Assembly (NCBI GenBank): GCA_964016885.1
Contig: OZ024742.1
Location: 285,138,001-285,202,000 of the forward strand
DNA from: Eledone cirrhosa
Lineage: Eukaryota
Length of the DNA stretch: 64,000 bases
Reading direction: 5' to 3'
The notes below the pieces were generated by a model. It saw only the letters and a program-made list of their open reading frames with translations, did not search any database and had not been told where the DNA came from. Below are positions 63,166-64,000 of this stretch, piece by piece (positions within the stretch are counted from its first letter, which is position 1; every line of letters starts with the position of its first letter). Position numbers and translations under genes: made by a program.

Positions 63166-64000
63166 AAATACTAAAGAATAATTTAGGAATATTGTTATTA
63201 ATAGAGATGGAGAAAGGAGCATTATACCAGATTATGTTTTTGTATCTAGGTCTTTTATTAAAGTTATTGGAATGATCATGATTAATTATTCTACTGTAAT
63301 TTCTTCTAGAATTTGTTTCTTTACTATATTTGATTTTATCAGGATAGCCGGCTTTAGAAAGCGCGTTATTATAGTAATTGGCGTTAGCATCAAAGATGTT
63401 ATATATATATATATATATATATATTGGAAAATGTGTGTAATCCTTGGTACAGTTAGGTATATTAAGACAGGGGGGAAGAAAAAATGGCTTCACTTGTGCT
63501 TTCAACAAATTTATTTTCTTCACAAAATCCAAAAAGAATTATTTTCCGGATTAGAAAAATTTGTTTTTCTTTTAAAAAAAAAAAAAAAAATTATTTTATA
63601 AATTAAGTTGTTGGTTGTTGGTTAGGTCTTAGGAGTTCTTGGTTAACGTAGGAGGTATTGTTTCGTTTTTAGAAAGACCTTTCACGCTGAGGTGCGCTTG
63701 TCAAACTGATGTGTATGTGGTGTGTTGTTCTATATATAGAGATTTAACATGTCTGTGGTGTGGTGGGGGTTTCTTTTCTCCCCCTTTAATAAGTGCATGG
63801 GTGTAGGTGTGTTGAAAAAGTGTTCATAGCAGTAATGAGTTGAGACGGTGAGTAGGGTTGGGTGGGGAGAAATGTAGCAAGTGCGGCCTGCCCCGGTCAT
63901 TCTTGAAAAATTCCTTTATTCAGGGGAAAAAGCTTTTAGTATTGCTTTTGTGTTGAGAATGGTCACAGGCAAATCGCACCTGTCAAGTTTGTGAATAATT

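Larger units (their letters stand above)
59340..63400 (-). mobile_element. Penelope-like element, 5'-truncated, split by an RTE insertion
   Basis: YNNALSKAGY..KNIIWYNAPFS..LFFSI (63166-63400) continues at 61332 as LNKCFPPSHIYSKIFNKHTIKCSYS...CNCPIKNKCPLNNHCLDKNLIYECKV..TYFGSTSTSFKARLYNHHSSF..TALSELIWSLKD, then frameshifted CNLCLNEK..INRRTDLFSICLH. Hammerhead at the 3' end. Confidence 0.9.

Overview
AT-rich, repeat-dense eukaryotic (animal) genomic DNA, most likely cephalopod/Octopus-like. That assignment is inferred from the tRNA-derived SINEs, the RTE family and the gene style, not proven. Two spliced host genes lie tail-to-tail. PRMT1 (+) has 9 coding exons at 2018-21771 giving 341 aa, with its first exon probably outside the window. 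Cyclin A (-) has 9 coding exons at 53446-41491 giving a complete 452-aa protein with D-box, ABBA motif and cyclin box. All reconstructed introns are GT-AG with consistent phases. Most of the rest is transposon-derived: many RTE LINE copies carrying a PHD-like finger (one with an uninterrupted RT frame), three TTAA-flanked piggyBac elements plus a related MITE family, Gypsy-like LTRs (one with a tRNA-Trp PBS), a Tc1/mariner relic, a CR1-like tail, a Helitron-like element, SINEs, and three Penelope-like (GIY-YIG) remnants. The most striking feature, invisible in the ORF track, is a cluster of type I hammerhead ribozyme motifs at 54.5-59.5 kb, just upstream of cyclin A. It includes a perfect 152-bp inverted repeat carrying one hammerhead on each strand, and a core-intact minimal hammerhead at the 3' end of a Penelope-like element. 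All calls were made by eye; no searches or folding programs were run.
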